Assembly: GCA_020846365.1 (NCBI GenBank)
Contig: JADLEA010000019.1
Span: 1 to 45,079 of the forward strand
DNA: 45,079 nt
Direction of reading: 5' to 3'
Origin: Bacteroidota bacterium
GTDB lineage: Bacteria; Bacteroidota; Ignavibacteria; UBA10030; UBA6906
Part shown: positions 27,930-38,753 of the stretch, piece by piece
Layout of the letters: each line of letters opens with the position of its first letter
How positions within the stretch are numbered: position 1 is the first letter of the stretch
Program-made: the position numbers and the translations under genes
Notes under the pieces: model-generated
Told to the model about the DNA's origin: nothing
Seen by the model: the letters and a program-made list of their open reading frames with translations, nothing else
The model's database searches: none

Positions 27930-28522
27930 TGCTGTGCCGGAGTCATTGCGATCGCCGCTGTCTGAAGGCGTCTGATGAACATCACCACGCGCCATCGATC
28001 ATCGCGGGCGGCCTGTGCGGCGAATGGCGGCATGTTGCCCTGTCCAAAGGTGATGACGTGGAAAAGCTGTCCATCCTTCATGGAGTTCGCATGCGGAGCG
28101 GTGAGCGGCGGAGGCGGCGGGAATCCTCTCTGCGGTATCAAGCCGTCCCCCGCACCGCCGGGGCCGTGGCAGGGGCTGCAAACGTTCTTGTACACCACCG
28201 CCCCACGGGCAAGATTGTCCGCACTGTCCACCAACGCCAACGGGTTGCGCAGTTCAAATCCCGCCCGGAGAGCATCTTCCGCCGATCGTGTGTACGGCAG
28301 AGGATCGAAGCCCCGGGCTATCGTGCCCCTGGACGGCGCCCGTGCGGCGTTGCCGTCGACATACACGACAGCCGCGGCCTGGGTCTCATACGCCGCCGGC
28401 TCGACCATGCCCGGCATGAACTCCACATTTTTCTTCGAGTAGTCCCTCCGGGCAAGGAAGACCGTTCCCGTCATAGCCGTCAGAAGGACCATGAGAACCA
28501 GATTCCGAACTCGTACCGACAT
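27926..28522 (-). CDS. actE: ACIII monoheme cytochrome c subunit ActE
   Basis: 198 aa with an N-terminal TM anchor and a single CSPCH heme motif. It ends in the conserved tail MPPFAAQAARDDRWRVVMFIRRLQ. Confidence 0.85.
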   Translation of the reverse strand: MSVRVRNLVLMVLLTAMTGTVFLARRDYSKKNVEFMPGMVEPAAYETQAAAVVYVDGNAARAPSRGTIARGFDPLPYTRSAEDALRAGFELRNPLALVDSADNLARGAVVYKNVCSPCHGPGGAGDGLIPQRGFPPPPPLTAPHANSMKDGQLFHVITFGQGNMPPFAAQAARDDRWRVVMFIRRLQTAAIAMTPAQQ

Positions 28523-28525
28523 GCG

Positions 28526-29050
28526 CTACTCCCGTACAATCTGTTCTTCCAGATGGAGAAGTTTGAACGGCCTGAACAGCGCCTCGACGTTCCTGACATC
28601 GAAGGATGCATCGCGTTCTTCGAGCACGAGAACGAACTGATCGTCGGTGGCGCGGAAATACGTCGCCTTCGGCGCCGCTCCCGGGAAGAGCCGGCTCCGG
28701 AGCAGGAAGGCAAGGACCGTTCCGACCCCGGCGAACAGCACCATCACCTCGAACGTTACCGGAACAAACGCAGGTATCGACACGAGCGGTTTCCCTCCCA
28801 CATTTACCGGCCAGTCCCATGCCGATGTCCAGATCTGAAAACCGAGCTTTGCTATCGCGCCGGTGAGCCCAAAGGCGAGACAGACGTAAGCGAGCCGCGT
28901 TGGCCGGATTCCCATCGCCACGTCAAGGCCATGCACCGCAAACGGGGTGTACGCATCCAGTATGGTATACCCGCCCTCTCTGGCTCGTGCTGCTGCGCCT
29001 ACAATATCCTCCTCTGAGCCAAAGACGTTCACCAGAATCCGTCGGCTCAT
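28526..29050 (-). CDS. actD: ACIII subunit ActD (DUF3341)
   Basis: 174 aa, [42 protein letters not shown], then two TM helices. The ATG at 29050 overlaps the actC TAA by 1 nt. The N-terminal extension in the track ORF is a shadow of actC. Confidence 0.85.
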   Translation of the reverse strand: MSRRILVNVFGSEEDIVGAAARAREGGYTILDAYTPFAVHGLDVAMGIRPTRLAYVCLAFGLTGAIAKLGFQIWTSAWDWPVNVGGKPLVSIPAFVPVTFEVMVLFAGVGTVLAFLLRSRLFPGAAPKATYFRATDDQFVLVLEERDASFDVRNVEALFRPFKLLHLEEQIVRE

Positions 29051-30471
29051 TATGCACCTCCGTTCACTGACCGACCGTACCGTAGCACCCCCTTCACCTC
29101 CCCGATGGCGACCATCGGCAGGAACCTCGCAAAGAGGAGAAAGAGGGTGAAGAAAAGCCCGAAACTCCCGACCAGCGTCCCAAGGTCCACCAGCGTGGGT
29201 GTGAAGCCGGACCAGCCGGCCGGTATGTAATCCCTGGTTAAGGATGTCATGATGATCACGTACCGTTCGAACCACATCCCGATGTTGATGAAGATGGAGA
29301 GCGCGAACACGGCGGCAACATTGGCCCGGACTCTCTTGAACCAAAAGAACTGAGGCACCAGAACATTGCACGAGATCATGATCCAGTAGGTCCATGCATA
29401 GGGCCCCAGTGCTCTGTTGACGAACGCAAACCTCTCGTAGGGATTTCCGGAGTAGTACGCCACAAAAAGCTCTGTGGCATAGGCCAGTGCCACCATCCCT
29501 CCCGTAGCGAGAATGATCGTGCACATTTGTTCGATGTGATGGGGGGTGATATATTCCTCCAGGCGCATCACCCTTCGCACGATGAGCATCAGGGTGAGTA
29601 CCATGGCGAAACCGGAGAATACCGCGCCGGCGACAAAGTACGGTGGCAGAATCGTGGTGTGCCATCCGGGAATGACGGAAGTCGCAAAGTCCCAGCTCAC
29701 GATGGTATGCACCGATATCACCAGCGGTGTTGCAAGTCCGGCAAGCAACAAGTACACCTTCTCATAACGATGCCATGTCCGATTCGACCCGTTCCACCCG
29801 AGGCTGAGGAAGGCGTAGATCCGCTTTCTGATGCCGGGTGCGGTGCGGTCCCGGAGGGTCGCAAAATCGGGGATGAGCCCGACAAACCAGAACACGGCTG
29901 AGATTGTGAAATAGCAGCTGATGGCGAACATATCCCACACCAACGGAGAACGGAAATTCACCCAGAGCGGACCCCGAAAGTTCGGGTATGGCAACAACCA
30001 GAACGCAAGCCAGGGCCGGCCTGTGTGAATGATGGGGAAGATTCCCGCACATATCACGGCGAAAATCGTCATCGCCTCAGCAGACCGATTCACCGATGTC
30101 CTCCATTTCTGGCGGAACAGGAATAGAATGGCGGAAATCAAGGTGCCGGCGTGGCCTATCCCGATCCAGAAAACGAAATTGGTGATATCGAAGGCCCATC
30201 CCACGGTGTTGTTCAAGCCCCACACCCCGACGCCCGTCAGAACCTGGTATCCGACTGACAGCGCGCCGACTGCAAGCACCGTAAGAGACACAAGGAACGC
30301 AGCCCACCACGATAACGAGGCCTTCTGATCAAGCTGCGAACAGATGTCGCTCGTCACATCCCTGTAGGTCTTGTTTCCAAGGATGACCGGTTTCCGGAGT
30401 CCGGGTTGAGGCGGGACAGCTCTTCCGGCGCTTGCGTCAAACACCTTTTCTCCCGTCACGACGTCATGCAT
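29050..30471 (-). CDS. actC: ACIII NrfD/PsrC-like membrane subunit ActC
   Basis: Polytopic NrfD-type protein. I prefer ATG 30471 (an 8-nt overlap, ATGCATGA, with the actB stop) over the TTG at 30510. Confidence 0.9.
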   Translation of the reverse strand: MHDVVTGEKVFDASAGRAVPPQPGLRKPVILGNKTYRDVTSDICSQLDQKASLSWWAAFLVSLTVLAVGALSVGYQVLTGVGVWGLNNTVGWAFDITNFVFWIGIGHAGTLISAILFLFRQKWRTSVNRSAEAMTIFAVICAGIFPIIHTGRPWLAFWLLPYPNFRGPLWVNFRSPLVWDMFAISCYFTISAVFWFVGLIPDFATLRDRTAPGIRKRIYAFLSLGWNGSNRTWHRYEKVYLLLAGLATPLVISVHTIVSWDFATSVIPGWHTTILPPYFVAGAVFSGFAMVLTLMLIVRRVMRLEEYITPHHIEQMCTIILATGGMVALAYATELFVAYYSGNPYERFAFVNRALGPYAWTYWIMISCNVLVPQFFWFKRVRANVAAVFALSIFINIGMWFERYVIIMTSLTRDYIPAGWSGFTPTLVDLGTLVGSFGLFFTLFLLFARFLPMVAIGEVKGVLRYGRSVNGGA

Positions 30472-33400
30472 GGTCCGCTTCCCCTGCTTGTTCTTCCCGG
30501 TTGCGTACAAGGGTCAGGTATCCCACTGATGGGCGAACGCCGAGTTCTTCCAGAACACGGTAGTGACGGGGACTGGAAAGGGTTTTCGAGATTTCACTGC
30601 TGGGATCGTTCACGTCGCCAAAGATGATGGCCCGGGCCGGACACGACTGGGCGCACGCTGGTTGCGCATCGCCGTCGTTCAGTGGCCTCCCTTCCCGTTT
30701 TGCCCGGATCTTTGCTCCCTGGATTCGCTGGATGCAAAACGAGCATTTTTCCATCACTCCCCTCTCGCGCACGGTGACATCGGGGTTCAGCACCATCCTC
30801 TGCATCTCGTCCCCGTGCCTGTACTCGAACCAGTTGAATCGTCGCATCTTATAAGGGCAATTGTTCGCACAATACCTGGTTCCCACACACCGGTTGTAGA
30901 TCTGCTGATTCAGCCCCTCCGCACTGTGCACGGTTGCGAGCACCGGGCACACCGTCTCACACGGCGCATTTCCGCAATGCTGGCACATCATCGGTTGGTG
31001 GGAAACCGAGAATTCTCCGCGTGCCTCGTCATAGTAGCGATCCACGCGGATCCAGGCCAGTTCCCTGTTCCGGCGGACCTCGTCCTTCCCTACCACCGGG
31101 ATGTTGTTCTCCGCCTGACAGGCCATGACGCATGCCGAGCAACCCGTACACGCCGTGAGATCGATCGTCATTCCCCAATGGTGGCCAGCGTACTTGTGAT
31201 CGTCGGGCCACAGGGAGTCGAGTTCCTCTTTGTGGAAGCTCCCGGCGCTCGGATCGTTTGCGAAGGCAGCCAGCGTGGTTTCCTGCACTATCGGCCGACG
31301 GTGTCCGGTCTCCCCACCGAAGAGGTTCGGCTCGCGCAACGAGTGGTATTCCTGCGTAGTCACCAGGACATGTGTTCCGCCTGTAGGAATCAGCCGCGCA
31401 GCATCAATCCTGTTTGTCCGGCAACCAGCCTCGATGAGGCCGAACAACGCCGCATTCTTCCCCACGGTTTCGCCCGAGCCCACAGTGGGGCGCGACTGAA
31501 GCCACTCCGGTCCGATGTCTCTGAAGCGGTCTGTTCCTTTCCTCCCGTAGCCAAGGGTCACGACAACAACAGCATCGTGCTGTCCGGGTTGGATGTGCAC
31601 GGGGAGTTCAAGGAACTTCTGATTGGCCTCGATCCGGATCAGGTCGCCATGCCGGACGCCGAGTGCTTCGGCAGTTTTCCGTGAGAGCGACGCAGCGTTG
31701 TCCCACACGATCTTTGTGACGGGATCGGGAAGCTCATGCAGCCAGGGATTGTGCCCGTGCCGGCCGTCCAGTATGGTAAGCGATGGGTGAAGCAGGAGAG
31801 TGTATCGCCCGCCCGCGAAGCCGGGAGGCGGGCCGCCCGGAGAGGCCGTGACGCCTCCGGTTGCCGGTGGGATGCTCACGCTCGTCGGCCCACGCTCAGT
31901 CACGACGGTTGCGACCGCGTCGTAGTCGCACGCATGGTGGGGCGCCGATGCGGATCGGACAACGGCGTAGCCGTCGGCCAACGTACGATTCCAGAACGCA
32001 TCCATTGTCTGACTGGTCGCATGCCGTTCCCGGATCGTGCGCTCCCACTCCCGGCGGATCAGATCTAACGCCGGAGCATTGTCGCCGCTCCACACGCTGA
32101 GACTTTCGATCATCTGCCGGCTGTCTCTCAGGGACCGGATGGTGGGTTGCGCCAGCGCGACGATTCCCGAAACCGGTTCGCTGTCATTCCACGCCTCAAG
32201 GAAGTGTGGCGTGGGGCAGACATACCGGGCACATGCTGCGGTTTCATCGTCTTCTCCCGAGAAGCTCACAACGAACGGAGTTTTTTTCATCCATTCTCCC
32301 AGCGCCTGGCCCTCCGGAAGATCGTACACGGGGTTTGCGCCCGAAACAAAGAGGGCCTCAACGCTCCCTCGCCGCAACTCGTTGAGAAGGTCTTCCACAC
32401 CGGCGTCATTCCCGGCGTACTGGTGTGACGGCGTGTCGATGTCGACGGTGCCGCCGTAATTGTCCAGCATGGCATTGAGAGCATTCACCAGCACCTGATG
32501 TCTCACGGTGTTCACGCCACAGACGACCAATCCTCTCCCGCGAGCATTCCAGAGGCGATCTGCGAGCCGGCGGACGCTGTTATCCAGATTCGCCGGCAGG
32601 CGCACAGAAAGTCCTAATGTCCGGCCGGCCCTTTCCGCAATGATCGCAGCCATTCCCTCCAGGCAAAGCTGTAACTCGTCGGGAGAGACACATACCCTTT
32701 GGTCTGCGTTGCTCCCTGTCAGGGACACGCGCGACTCGAAGTGCGCGTGAAACGAGAACCGTGCCGGGTTGCCTGCAGGTGTCCTTCCTGCGCGATATCC
32801 CTTCGTGAATTCCACCGGCGAGATCCAGTTGCCGAGAAAATCCGCGTCAAATGCGGTGATGACACTCGCCTCCGCAAAATGATACCGCGGTAGCACACGC
32901 GCACCGTGCGTCAATCGGTGGGCATCCAGAATGGCAGCACAGGACATCGGATCATACTCCACATGTCTCGCATCAGCGAAACTGCCGAGGAATCGCTGTA
33001 TCACCGCCCGTGTCGCCGGGCTGGTCACGGTGCCCGTGAGAAACCGCACTGCACCTTTTCCGCGCCGGATGCGATCGAGTTCCGCCATCACGTGCCGATC
33101 GAGTTCTTGCCAACTGGACGGGGCTCCCTTCATCAGGGGCGCTTTCAAACGCAATGAATCATAGAGTCCGAGCAGCGAGGCCTGACCGATTGCGCACATG
33201 CCGCCTTGGGAGAGGGGATGTCCGGGATTGCCCTCGAGTTTGATCGGCCGTCCGTCTCGCACTTTTGCCAGGATGCCGCAGCCGGCCTGACACCCGGCAC
33301 AGATGGTGGAGTACCAGACAGCGCTACCCGGGGTTGATTCCTCCGGTTGCACCAGGTGGGGAATCGCCTTTTCGACTCCACCTTGCTGACACCCTGCCAG

Positions 33401-33499
33401 CACGGCGCCTGCGAAAGAGAAGCCTGCGAGTCTAAGGAATGACCGCCGCCCCATTCCGGGCAGCGACGCGACGTTTATGTGACCGTACTCCTCTGTCAT
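30464..33499 (-). CDS. actB: ACIII subunit ActB: Tat-exported fusion of a molybdopterin-oxidoreductase-like domain and a 4-cluster Fe-S domain
   Basis: Twin-arginine signal [21 protein letters not shown]. The N-terminal motif is CX2CX3CX27C. C-terminal ferredoxin motifs are [37 protein letters not shown] and CAQSCP. Start is ATG 33499, or the TTG at 33613 used by the track. Confidence 0.9.
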   Translation of the reverse strand: MTEEYGHINVASLPGMGRRSFLRLAGFSFAGAVLAGCQQGGVEKAIPHLVQPEESTPGSAVWYSTICAGCQAGCGILAKVRDGRPIKLEGNPGHPLSQGGMCAIGQASLLGLYDSLRLKAPLMKGAPSSWQELDRHVMAELDRIRRGKGAVRFLTGTVTSPATRAVIQRFLGSFADARHVEYDPMSCAAILDAHRLTHGARVLPRYHFAEASVITAFDADFLGNWISPVEFTKGYRAGRTPAGNPARFSFHAHFESRVSLTGSNADQRVCVSPDELQLCLEGMAAIIAERAGRTLGLSVRLPANLDNSVRRLADRLWNARGRGLVVCGVNTVRHQVLVNALNAMLDNYGGTVDIDTPSHQYAGNDAGVEDLLNELRRGSVEALFVSGANPVYDLPEGQALGEWMKKTPFVVSFSGEDDETAACARYVCPTPHFLEAWNDSEPVSGIVALAQPTIRSLRDSRQMIESLSVWSGDNAPALDLIRREWERTIRERHATSQTMDAFWNRTLADGYAVVRSASAPHHACDYDAVATVVTERGPTSVSIPPATGGVTASPGGPPPGFAGGRYTLLLHPSLTILDGRHGHNPWLHELPDPVTKIVWDNAASLSRKTAEALGVRHGDLIRIEANQKFLELPVHIQPGQHDAVVVVTLGYGRKGTDRFRDIGPEWLQSRPTVGSGETVGKNAALFGLIEAGCRTNRIDAARLIPTGGTHVLVTTQEYHSLREPNLFGGETGHRRPIVQETTLAAFANDPSAGSFHKEELDSLWPDDHKYAGHHWGMTIDLTACTGCSACVMACQAENNIPVVGKDEVRRNRELAWIRVDRYYDEARGEFSVSHQPMMCQHCGNAPCETVCPVLATVHSAEGLNQQIYNRCVGTRYCANNCPYKMRRFNWFEYRHGDEMQRMVLNPDVTVRERGVMEKCSFCIQRIQGAKIRAKREGRPLNDGDAQPACAQSCPARAIIFGDVNDPSSEISKTLSSPRHYRVLEELGVRPSVGYLTLVRNREEQAGEADHA

Positions 33500-33641
33500 G
33501 CATGCCTGTCTGGCTTGTGTTGTGAGGGTGCGCCGTGGTCTCCGGTTTTTCACATGTTTGGCCGGGATCGTCTTCCGGTTTCCGCGTTCCTGTCCTGTCA
33601 GGGAGATCCACAAGGTCCGGCGGGTGCGGAGCCCAATCCCT

Positions 33642-34307
33642 TCAGTGGTGACAAACGATACAATCCGTTGAAGCCGCCACCTTCCTGCCGTTGATCCCCG
33701 ATCGATTTGCTTCGCGATGACAGTTCACGCACCATCCCATGGAGAGATCAGACACCTGCCGGACTCGTTCCATCGTTTCCACCGCACCGTGGCAGGTCTG
33801 GCATTCCACACCCGCCGAGACGTGTGCGCTGTGGTTAAACCGGACATATGCCGGCAGACTGTGCACTCTCACCCATTCGATTGATGTAGTCGGTTTCGGT
33901 GAGTCCGGTTTGAAATCCGCATTCAGGCCCATCGCGGCGTACACTTTGGCCAGTTCAGGAGAGATGATTCGGCGTGGCTGCCGTTTCTCTTTTGACGCGC
34001 GTTCGTCTTCGGCCCGGACGTTTACCCACGGCGCTGTGACAATCGTATGACAGTTCATGCACACGGCGGCAGCGGGAATGCCTGCGGATCCGCCCCGTTC
34101 CGCGGCGGTGTGGCAATGCAGGCACGGAATCCCCAGTTCTCCGGCGTGAAGCCGGTGGGAGTACTGGACCGGCTGAACCGGCTCGTATCCCTGATGATTC
34201 CCGGGCAGTTTGATGTTGAACGTAAACGACGTAACGAACACGCTGAACGTGAGCAGCACCGCGATGCCAAGAATCACCGTCAGTATTTTGCTGTTCAACC
34301 AGCCCAT
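33642..34307 (-). CDS. actA: ACIII pentaheme cytochrome c subunit ActA
   Basis: An N-terminal TM helix and five CXXCH motifs (CLHCH, CMNCH, CQTCH, CVNCH, CIVCH). Start is ATG 34307, or GTG 34385 as in the track. Confidence 0.85.
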   Translation of the reverse strand: MGWLNSKILTVILGIAVLLTFSVFVTSFTFNIKLPGNHQGYEPVQPVQYSHRLHAGELGIPCLHCHTAAERGGSAGIPAAAVCMNCHTIVTAPWVNVRAEDERASKEKRQPRRIISPELAKVYAAMGLNADFKPDSPKPTTSIEWVRVHSLPAYVRFNHSAHVSAGVECQTCHGAVETMERVRQVSDLSMGWCVNCHREANRSGINGRKVAASTDCIVCHH

Positions 34308-34409
34308 CAGTACACGTCCGTGAGTTGTCTTCCCAGTGTCAATGCATTTGTGTACGTTGCCGCCTTCCTGCGGGAAAGAGCGCACATCACCGCGCCGTCG
34401 GCAGCCAGG

Positions 34410-35969
34410 TCATCCAATATTCGCAGCATGCCGCCGCTGAATCTGGATCGGAACACCCTCAACAGCCCCTTGCACCTGCCTGCGATCTTCTATCTGGCGG
34501 TCCAGCAATGGTGCCTGCTCCCGAAGGATCTTCCGGACCGTCACATGTAACCAGAGATAGCTCCCCAGCGTCACGATGAAGAGAAACATCCAGGCCGTTG
34601 TCCAGATGCCGCTGGTCTGAAGCAGATAGCCGAAGATGATCGGGCACGTGAAGCCGCCCAGTCCTCCGATGACGCCGACGATACCCCCCACGATGCCGAC
34701 TTCTTTTGGATAGTACTCGGGGATCAGCTTGTAGACGCCGGCCATGCCGACGCCCATCATGATGCCCACGAGGAAGACCAGGATGCTGAAGACCCAAACG
34801 TTCGCCTGGAAGTAGACGTGCGTGACGCCGCGCGCCAGCAATTGCTTCTTCACGACGCTGTCCCCGACCCGCACCGCGGGTTCCTGCCAGAACGTGAACG
34901 TCGGCCAGATCAGCGTCGCGTTGTCCCAGGTCCGGTCGTCTGCCCCGGGTCTCGTTAGCACCTGGTAGTCCCTTCCGGATACGCTGATCTTTTCCGAAGT
35001 GACCTCAGTGACCACTCCTCCCTGCTCGGCCATGATTCCCTGTCCGGGCGATTCGATGTCCATGCGAGGCACACACAACAAGGCGAAGCACACCAGGCAG
35101 AGCCCGAAGACCCAGGTCATGACTGCACGGGCGCCGAACCGATCGGAGAGCCAACCGCCCGCTGCGCGGATGACGCCCGTGGGAAAGCTGAACAGACTGG
35201 CCATGAAGCCGGCAAAAGCAACCGTCATGCCATACGCGTTCACGTAGTACGGGATGAGCCACTGGGCGAGCGCAACGAACCCCCCAAACACGACGAAGTA
35301 GTAGAAGCCGAATCGCCAGACTCGCAAGTATCGCAGGGGTGCGAGGCGACGGAGCAAGGTGAGTTCCTGGCCATGCTCCACTTTCCTTGACTTCGCGAAC
35401 GCGAAGAAGACTAGCGCCGTCACTACCAGGGCAACAGCGTAAATGCGCGGCAGGGCGCGCCATGCTTCCAGGTGCTGGCCACCCCCGGTGAGGGTTTGGA
35501 GAAGCACGGGCGCCCCCAGGCTCGTCAGGGCGGCTCCCGCATTCCCGACCCCGAAGATGCCGAGCGCCGTCCCCTGCCGGTCTTTCCTGAACCATAAGGA
35601 GGTGTATGCAATGCCGACGGCAAACGACGCGCCGGAGAGGCCGAACCCGAGACTGGCGAGAAGGAAGCCCGTGAAGCTTGTCGCATAGCTCAAGAAAAAG
35701 GTCGGAATGGCCGAGCAAAGCAGGAGCAGTCCGAAGACCAGACGGCCCCCGAATCTGTCGGTCAGCACACCGATCGGCAATCGCATGACGGAGCCGGTCA
35801 ACACCGGGATGCCGATCAGCCAGCCGATCTGCCCTTTGTCCCAGGCGAACACGCCCTGTTCCACAAGGAACGTCACGAGCACGCCGTTCATCGTCCAGAC
35901 CGCAAAACAGACGGTGAATGCAAATGTGTTCAGCGCAAGAACAAGGATGGCTGACCGGTTCTCCGTCAT
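34410..35969 (-). CDS. narK: NarK-type nitrate/nitrite MFS transporter carrying an extra extramembrane domain
   Basis: I set the start at ATG 35969, which overlaps the narI stop as ATGA. It is an NNP-family transporter with conserved Arg residues (VMRLPIG, GVIRAAGG) and a GVGNAG signature. The 519-aa length includes a hydrophilic insert of about 90 aa. Confidence 0.85.
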   Translation of the reverse strand: MTENRSAILVLALNTFAFTVCFAVWTMNGVLVTFLVEQGVFAWDKGQIGWLIGIPVLTGSVMRLPIGVLTDRFGGRLVFGLLLLCSAIPTFFLSYATSFTGFLLASLGFGLSGASFAVGIAYTSLWFRKDRQGTALGIFGVGNAGAALTSLGAPVLLQTLTGGGQHLEAWRALPRIYAVALVVTALVFFAFAKSRKVEHGQELTLLRRLAPLRYLRVWRFGFYYFVVFGGFVALAQWLIPYYVNAYGMTVAFAGFMASLFSFPTGVIRAAGGWLSDRFGARAVMTWVFGLCLVCFALLCVPRMDIESPGQGIMAEQGGVVTEVTSEKISVSGRDYQVLTRPGADDRTWDNATLIWPTFTFWQEPAVRVGDSVVKKQLLARGVTHVYFQANVWVFSILVFLVGIMMGVGMAGVYKLIPEYYPKEVGIVGGIVGVIGGLGGFTCPIIFGYLLQTSGIWTTAWMFLFIVTLGSYLWLHVTVRKILREQAPLLDRQIEDRRQVQGAVEGVPIQIQRRHAANIG

Positions 35970-36676
35970 GCCGAGCCCCGCCGCAAAGCCCATTTCGTAT
36001 ACCAGCGCACCACCTGGGCTTTGCGCCAGAGGTACGGGTTGGGAACAACCAGGATATGCACCAGGCGCGTAAACGGGGCAAAGGCGATCATCAGCCATGC
36101 GCTGGTCATGTGCACCTTCACCATCCATGGCAAGGAAGCAACCGGCGAGATATCCGGTTGGAGTGTCACCAGCGACCAGAGATAGGGGGCGGCGAGCGCC
36201 GCAAACCAGGATGAGCCCCAACTGTGGTACACCGCTACGTACAGGCCGCTCAGGATCTGTACGACAAAGCTCCCCAGCACGACCCAGTCCGCCCGGGACG
36301 TCACCGCACGAACCTTGGGATCCGTGAGCCGGCGCAAAAGGATCGAGGTCAGACCCACAAGCGTGAGGAGGGCCGCGATCAACGCGGATCCCTCGAGTAT
36401 ATAGAGCCGGATGGGGTGACTGTTCCAGGCAAGAAGCTCTCGCGGGACGAGAAACCCGACGAGGTGTCCAAGCAGGACGGTGATGATGCCGAAATGGAAC
36501 GGCACCAATCCCCAGAAGTGGTTCTGATTTTCCAGGAACTGCGACGACAGACTGGTGAAGGTGAACGCCTCTCTCCGGTATCGCCGGATGGAGACCAGGA
36601 CAAAGATGATCACGGAAACGTACGGGAACACGACCAGGAAAATCTGGTCAAGGATGAACGGTCCGGGAATCGTCAT
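35966..36676 (-). CDS. narI: Respiratory nitrate reductase gamma subunit (diheme b membrane anchor)
   Basis: 236 aa with 5 TM helices. The NarI N-terminus is ...FPYVSVIIFVLVSIRRYRREAFTFTSLSSQFLE...HFWGLVPFHFGI. Confidence 0.9.
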   Translation of the reverse strand: MTIPGPFILDQIFLVVFPYVSVIIFVLVSIRRYRREAFTFTSLSSQFLENQNHFWGLVPFHFGIITVLLGHLVGFLVPRELLAWNSHPIRLYILEGSALIAALLTLVGLTSILLRRLTDPKVRAVTSRADWVVLGSFVVQILSGLYVAVYHSWGSSWFAALAAPYLWSLVTLQPDISPVASLPWMVKVHMTSAWLMIAFAPFTRLVHILVVPNPYLWRKAQVVRWYTKWALRRGSA

Positions 36677-37236
36677 GACGTTGTCTCCAGCGTTGACATC
36701 TGCGCGCAGATCTCGAGCAAGGCGACTCGTGTAGCCGCCAGCACGTGCGCATAAGGATTGTCCTTGCCTGCAAAACCCTCACACATCTTGTCGACAGCCC
36801 TGAGCAGATGGCCGGCGACAAAGGATCCGGCCTCTTCACCGTCTATTCTTCCCAGGGCGAGCAGGAGATGGGTGAGGTGGTCCGGAAGTTCTGTGGATTC
36901 CTCGACAGAGCAACGGCGGAGCAGCTCACGCATCCGGACGAGGAACGCGCCGCGTTCGTAGGTCTCGCCGTAGAGATGCCAGCCGACCTCCAGACTGCTG
37001 ACGGGGTTGATGTCGAACGTCCTCGTATACAGCTCCTCCAGCTCTCCCGCAGTGAGTCCGTCGATCCCCTCTGCGAAACGTGTCATGGCTTCAGCAATGG
37101 CGCGGGCTCCCCCATTGCCGCCGCTTCCCAGACACGCACAGAGTTCTCTGCAGCGGGTGACGGCGGACCGGTAATCTTCGCCCGGGTAGTGCAGAGTGCG
37201 GGCGAGAGCATCCAGGACGTCTCTCGGCATGCCCAT
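36673..37236 (-). CDS. narJ: Nitrate reductase molybdenum cofactor assembly chaperone
   Basis: 187 aa, placed between narH and narI. NarJ/TorD-like sequence (ELEELYTRTFDINPVSSLEVGWHLYGE). It overlaps both neighbouring genes. Confidence 0.85.
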   Translation of the reverse strand: MGMPRDVLDALARTLHYPGEDYRSAVTRCRELCACLGSGGNGGARAIAEAMTRFAEGIDGLTAGELEELYTRTFDINPVSSLEVGWHLYGETYERGAFLVRMRELLRRCSVEESTELPDHLTHLLLALGRIDGEEAGSFVAGHLLRAVDKMCEGFAGKDNPYAHVLAATRVALLEICAQMSTLETTS

Positions 37237-38726
37237 CAGAGACCCCTCCGAGGAGACTCCATGAAGCCGAATCCTGTCGATCCCTTGTGTTCGAGAGGAT
37301 CGCGCATCATCTCAATTGCCTCCTCCCGGTGCATCGGAGGTATGACAAAGCGCTCCTCAAACGTGCACAGCGATGTCAGGTTGTACACCGCCTCGGCCTC
37401 CTCCGGCGAACAATCGGCTTCGCGGAGCATCGCCGTGGCAACGTCCATCGGGATGTCCCCCACAGTGACCGCCCGGCGGTAGGTCCGGATGGCTTTCTGT
37501 TTCTTCAGCGCATACAGCACTTTCCCCTGATGCCCTGCGCCGAACAGGTTGGCCAGAAACTGCAGCGGGACGCGCGAGTCCTCGATGTCGTGGAAAAACT
37601 CTTCCGAAACGCCGCCGACCGTGGTTTCATCCCTGTGCGCCATCACCGGCGACATCGGTGGGACGTAATAGAGCATCGGCAAGGTGCGGAATTCTATGTG
37701 GGGAGGGAGCGCGAGCTTCCATTCCTTCACGAATTTGTATACCGGTGAGGACTGTGCCGATTCGATGACGCTCTCGTGAATCCCGTTCGCCAGCGCTGCG
37801 GCAATCACCGCCGGATCCCGCGGGTTCAGCACCAGTGAGCGGTGCGCATCGACGAGTTGATCGGTGGGCGAAGCGGCGACTTCTTCGATCCGGTCAGCGT
37901 CATACAGCAGGACGCCCAGGTACCGGATCCGGCCAACACAGGAGTGGAAGCAGGCGGGCGCCTGCCCCGTCTCCAGCCGTGGGTAGCAGAGCACGCACTT
38001 CTCAGATTTTCCCGTGGACCAGTTGTAGAAGGACTTTTTGTAGGGACATGCCGCGACACATGCTCTCCAGCCGCGGCAGCGTTTCTGGTCAATCAAGACA
38101 ATGCCGTCTTCTCCCCGCTTGTACAGTGCTCCGGAGGGGCAGGAAGCCACACAGCTCGGATTCAGGCAGTGGTTGCAGATGCGCGGGAAATAGAAGAAGA
38201 CCAGACGCTCAACGGCAAAGAGCTGTTCGCGTTGATCCGGTGTGAGGTTCTTCAGGTTCGGATCGCTTTCCGCATACACGGGGGAACCACCGAGGTCGTC
38301 GTCCCAATTCGGTCCGGCCTCGATGTTGATGTATTCCCCGGTCACCTGGGAGATCGGCCGGGCCACCGGCTGATCGGCGCCTTCGGGCGCGTTGAACAGA
38401 TCGCCGTAGGTGTAGGTCCACGGTTCATAGTAATCGTCCATGCTCGGCATGGAAGGATTGTGAAAGATGTTGGTAATGGTCTTTGCCTTGCTCGTGGACC
38501 GGAGCCGGAGTTTCCCGTCCTGTAGTTCCCACCCTCCCCGGTACTTCTGCTGATCCTCCCACGCTGTAGGGAACCCCGTGCCGGGTTTGGTTTCCACGTT
38601 GTTCCACCACATGTACTCCGTTCCCTTGCGGTCGGTCCAGATGTTCTTGCACGCAATGCTGCATGTATGACACCCGATGCATTTGTCGAGGTGAAACACC
38701 ATCGAGATTTGCGACCGGACATTCAT
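37236..38726 (-). CDS. narH: Respiratory nitrate reductase beta subunit
   Basis: 496 aa beginning MNVRSQISMVFHLDKCIGCHTCSIACKNIWT. All four Fe-S Cys groups are present. AAGGAGAGG lies upstream. Confidence 0.95.
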   Translation of the reverse strand: MNVRSQISMVFHLDKCIGCHTCSIACKNIWTDRKGTEYMWWNNVETKPGTGFPTAWEDQQKYRGGWELQDGKLRLRSTSKAKTITNIFHNPSMPSMDDYYEPWTYTYGDLFNAPEGADQPVARPISQVTGEYINIEAGPNWDDDLGGSPVYAESDPNLKNLTPDQREQLFAVERLVFFYFPRICNHCLNPSCVASCPSGALYKRGEDGIVLIDQKRCRGWRACVAACPYKKSFYNWSTGKSEKCVLCYPRLETGQAPACFHSCVGRIRYLGVLLYDADRIEEVAASPTDQLVDAHRSLVLNPRDPAVIAAALANGIHESVIESAQSSPVYKFVKEWKLALPPHIEFRTLPMLYYVPPMSPVMAHRDETTVGGVSEEFFHDIEDSRVPLQFLANLFGAGHQGKVLYALKKQKAIRTYRRAVTVGDIPMDVATAMLREADCSPEEAEAVYNLTSLCTFEERFVIPPMHREEAIEMMRDPLEHKGSTGFGFMESPRRGL

Positions 38727-38753
38727 GCTGACCTCTCCTTGTTCATTCCGGGA

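Noticed and set aside
29051-29665. Long N-terminal extension of the actD ORF (379-aa track ORF)
   Set aside because: It lies entirely inside actC in another frame. ActD-like sequence starts only at [11 protein letters not shown] (ATG 29050).
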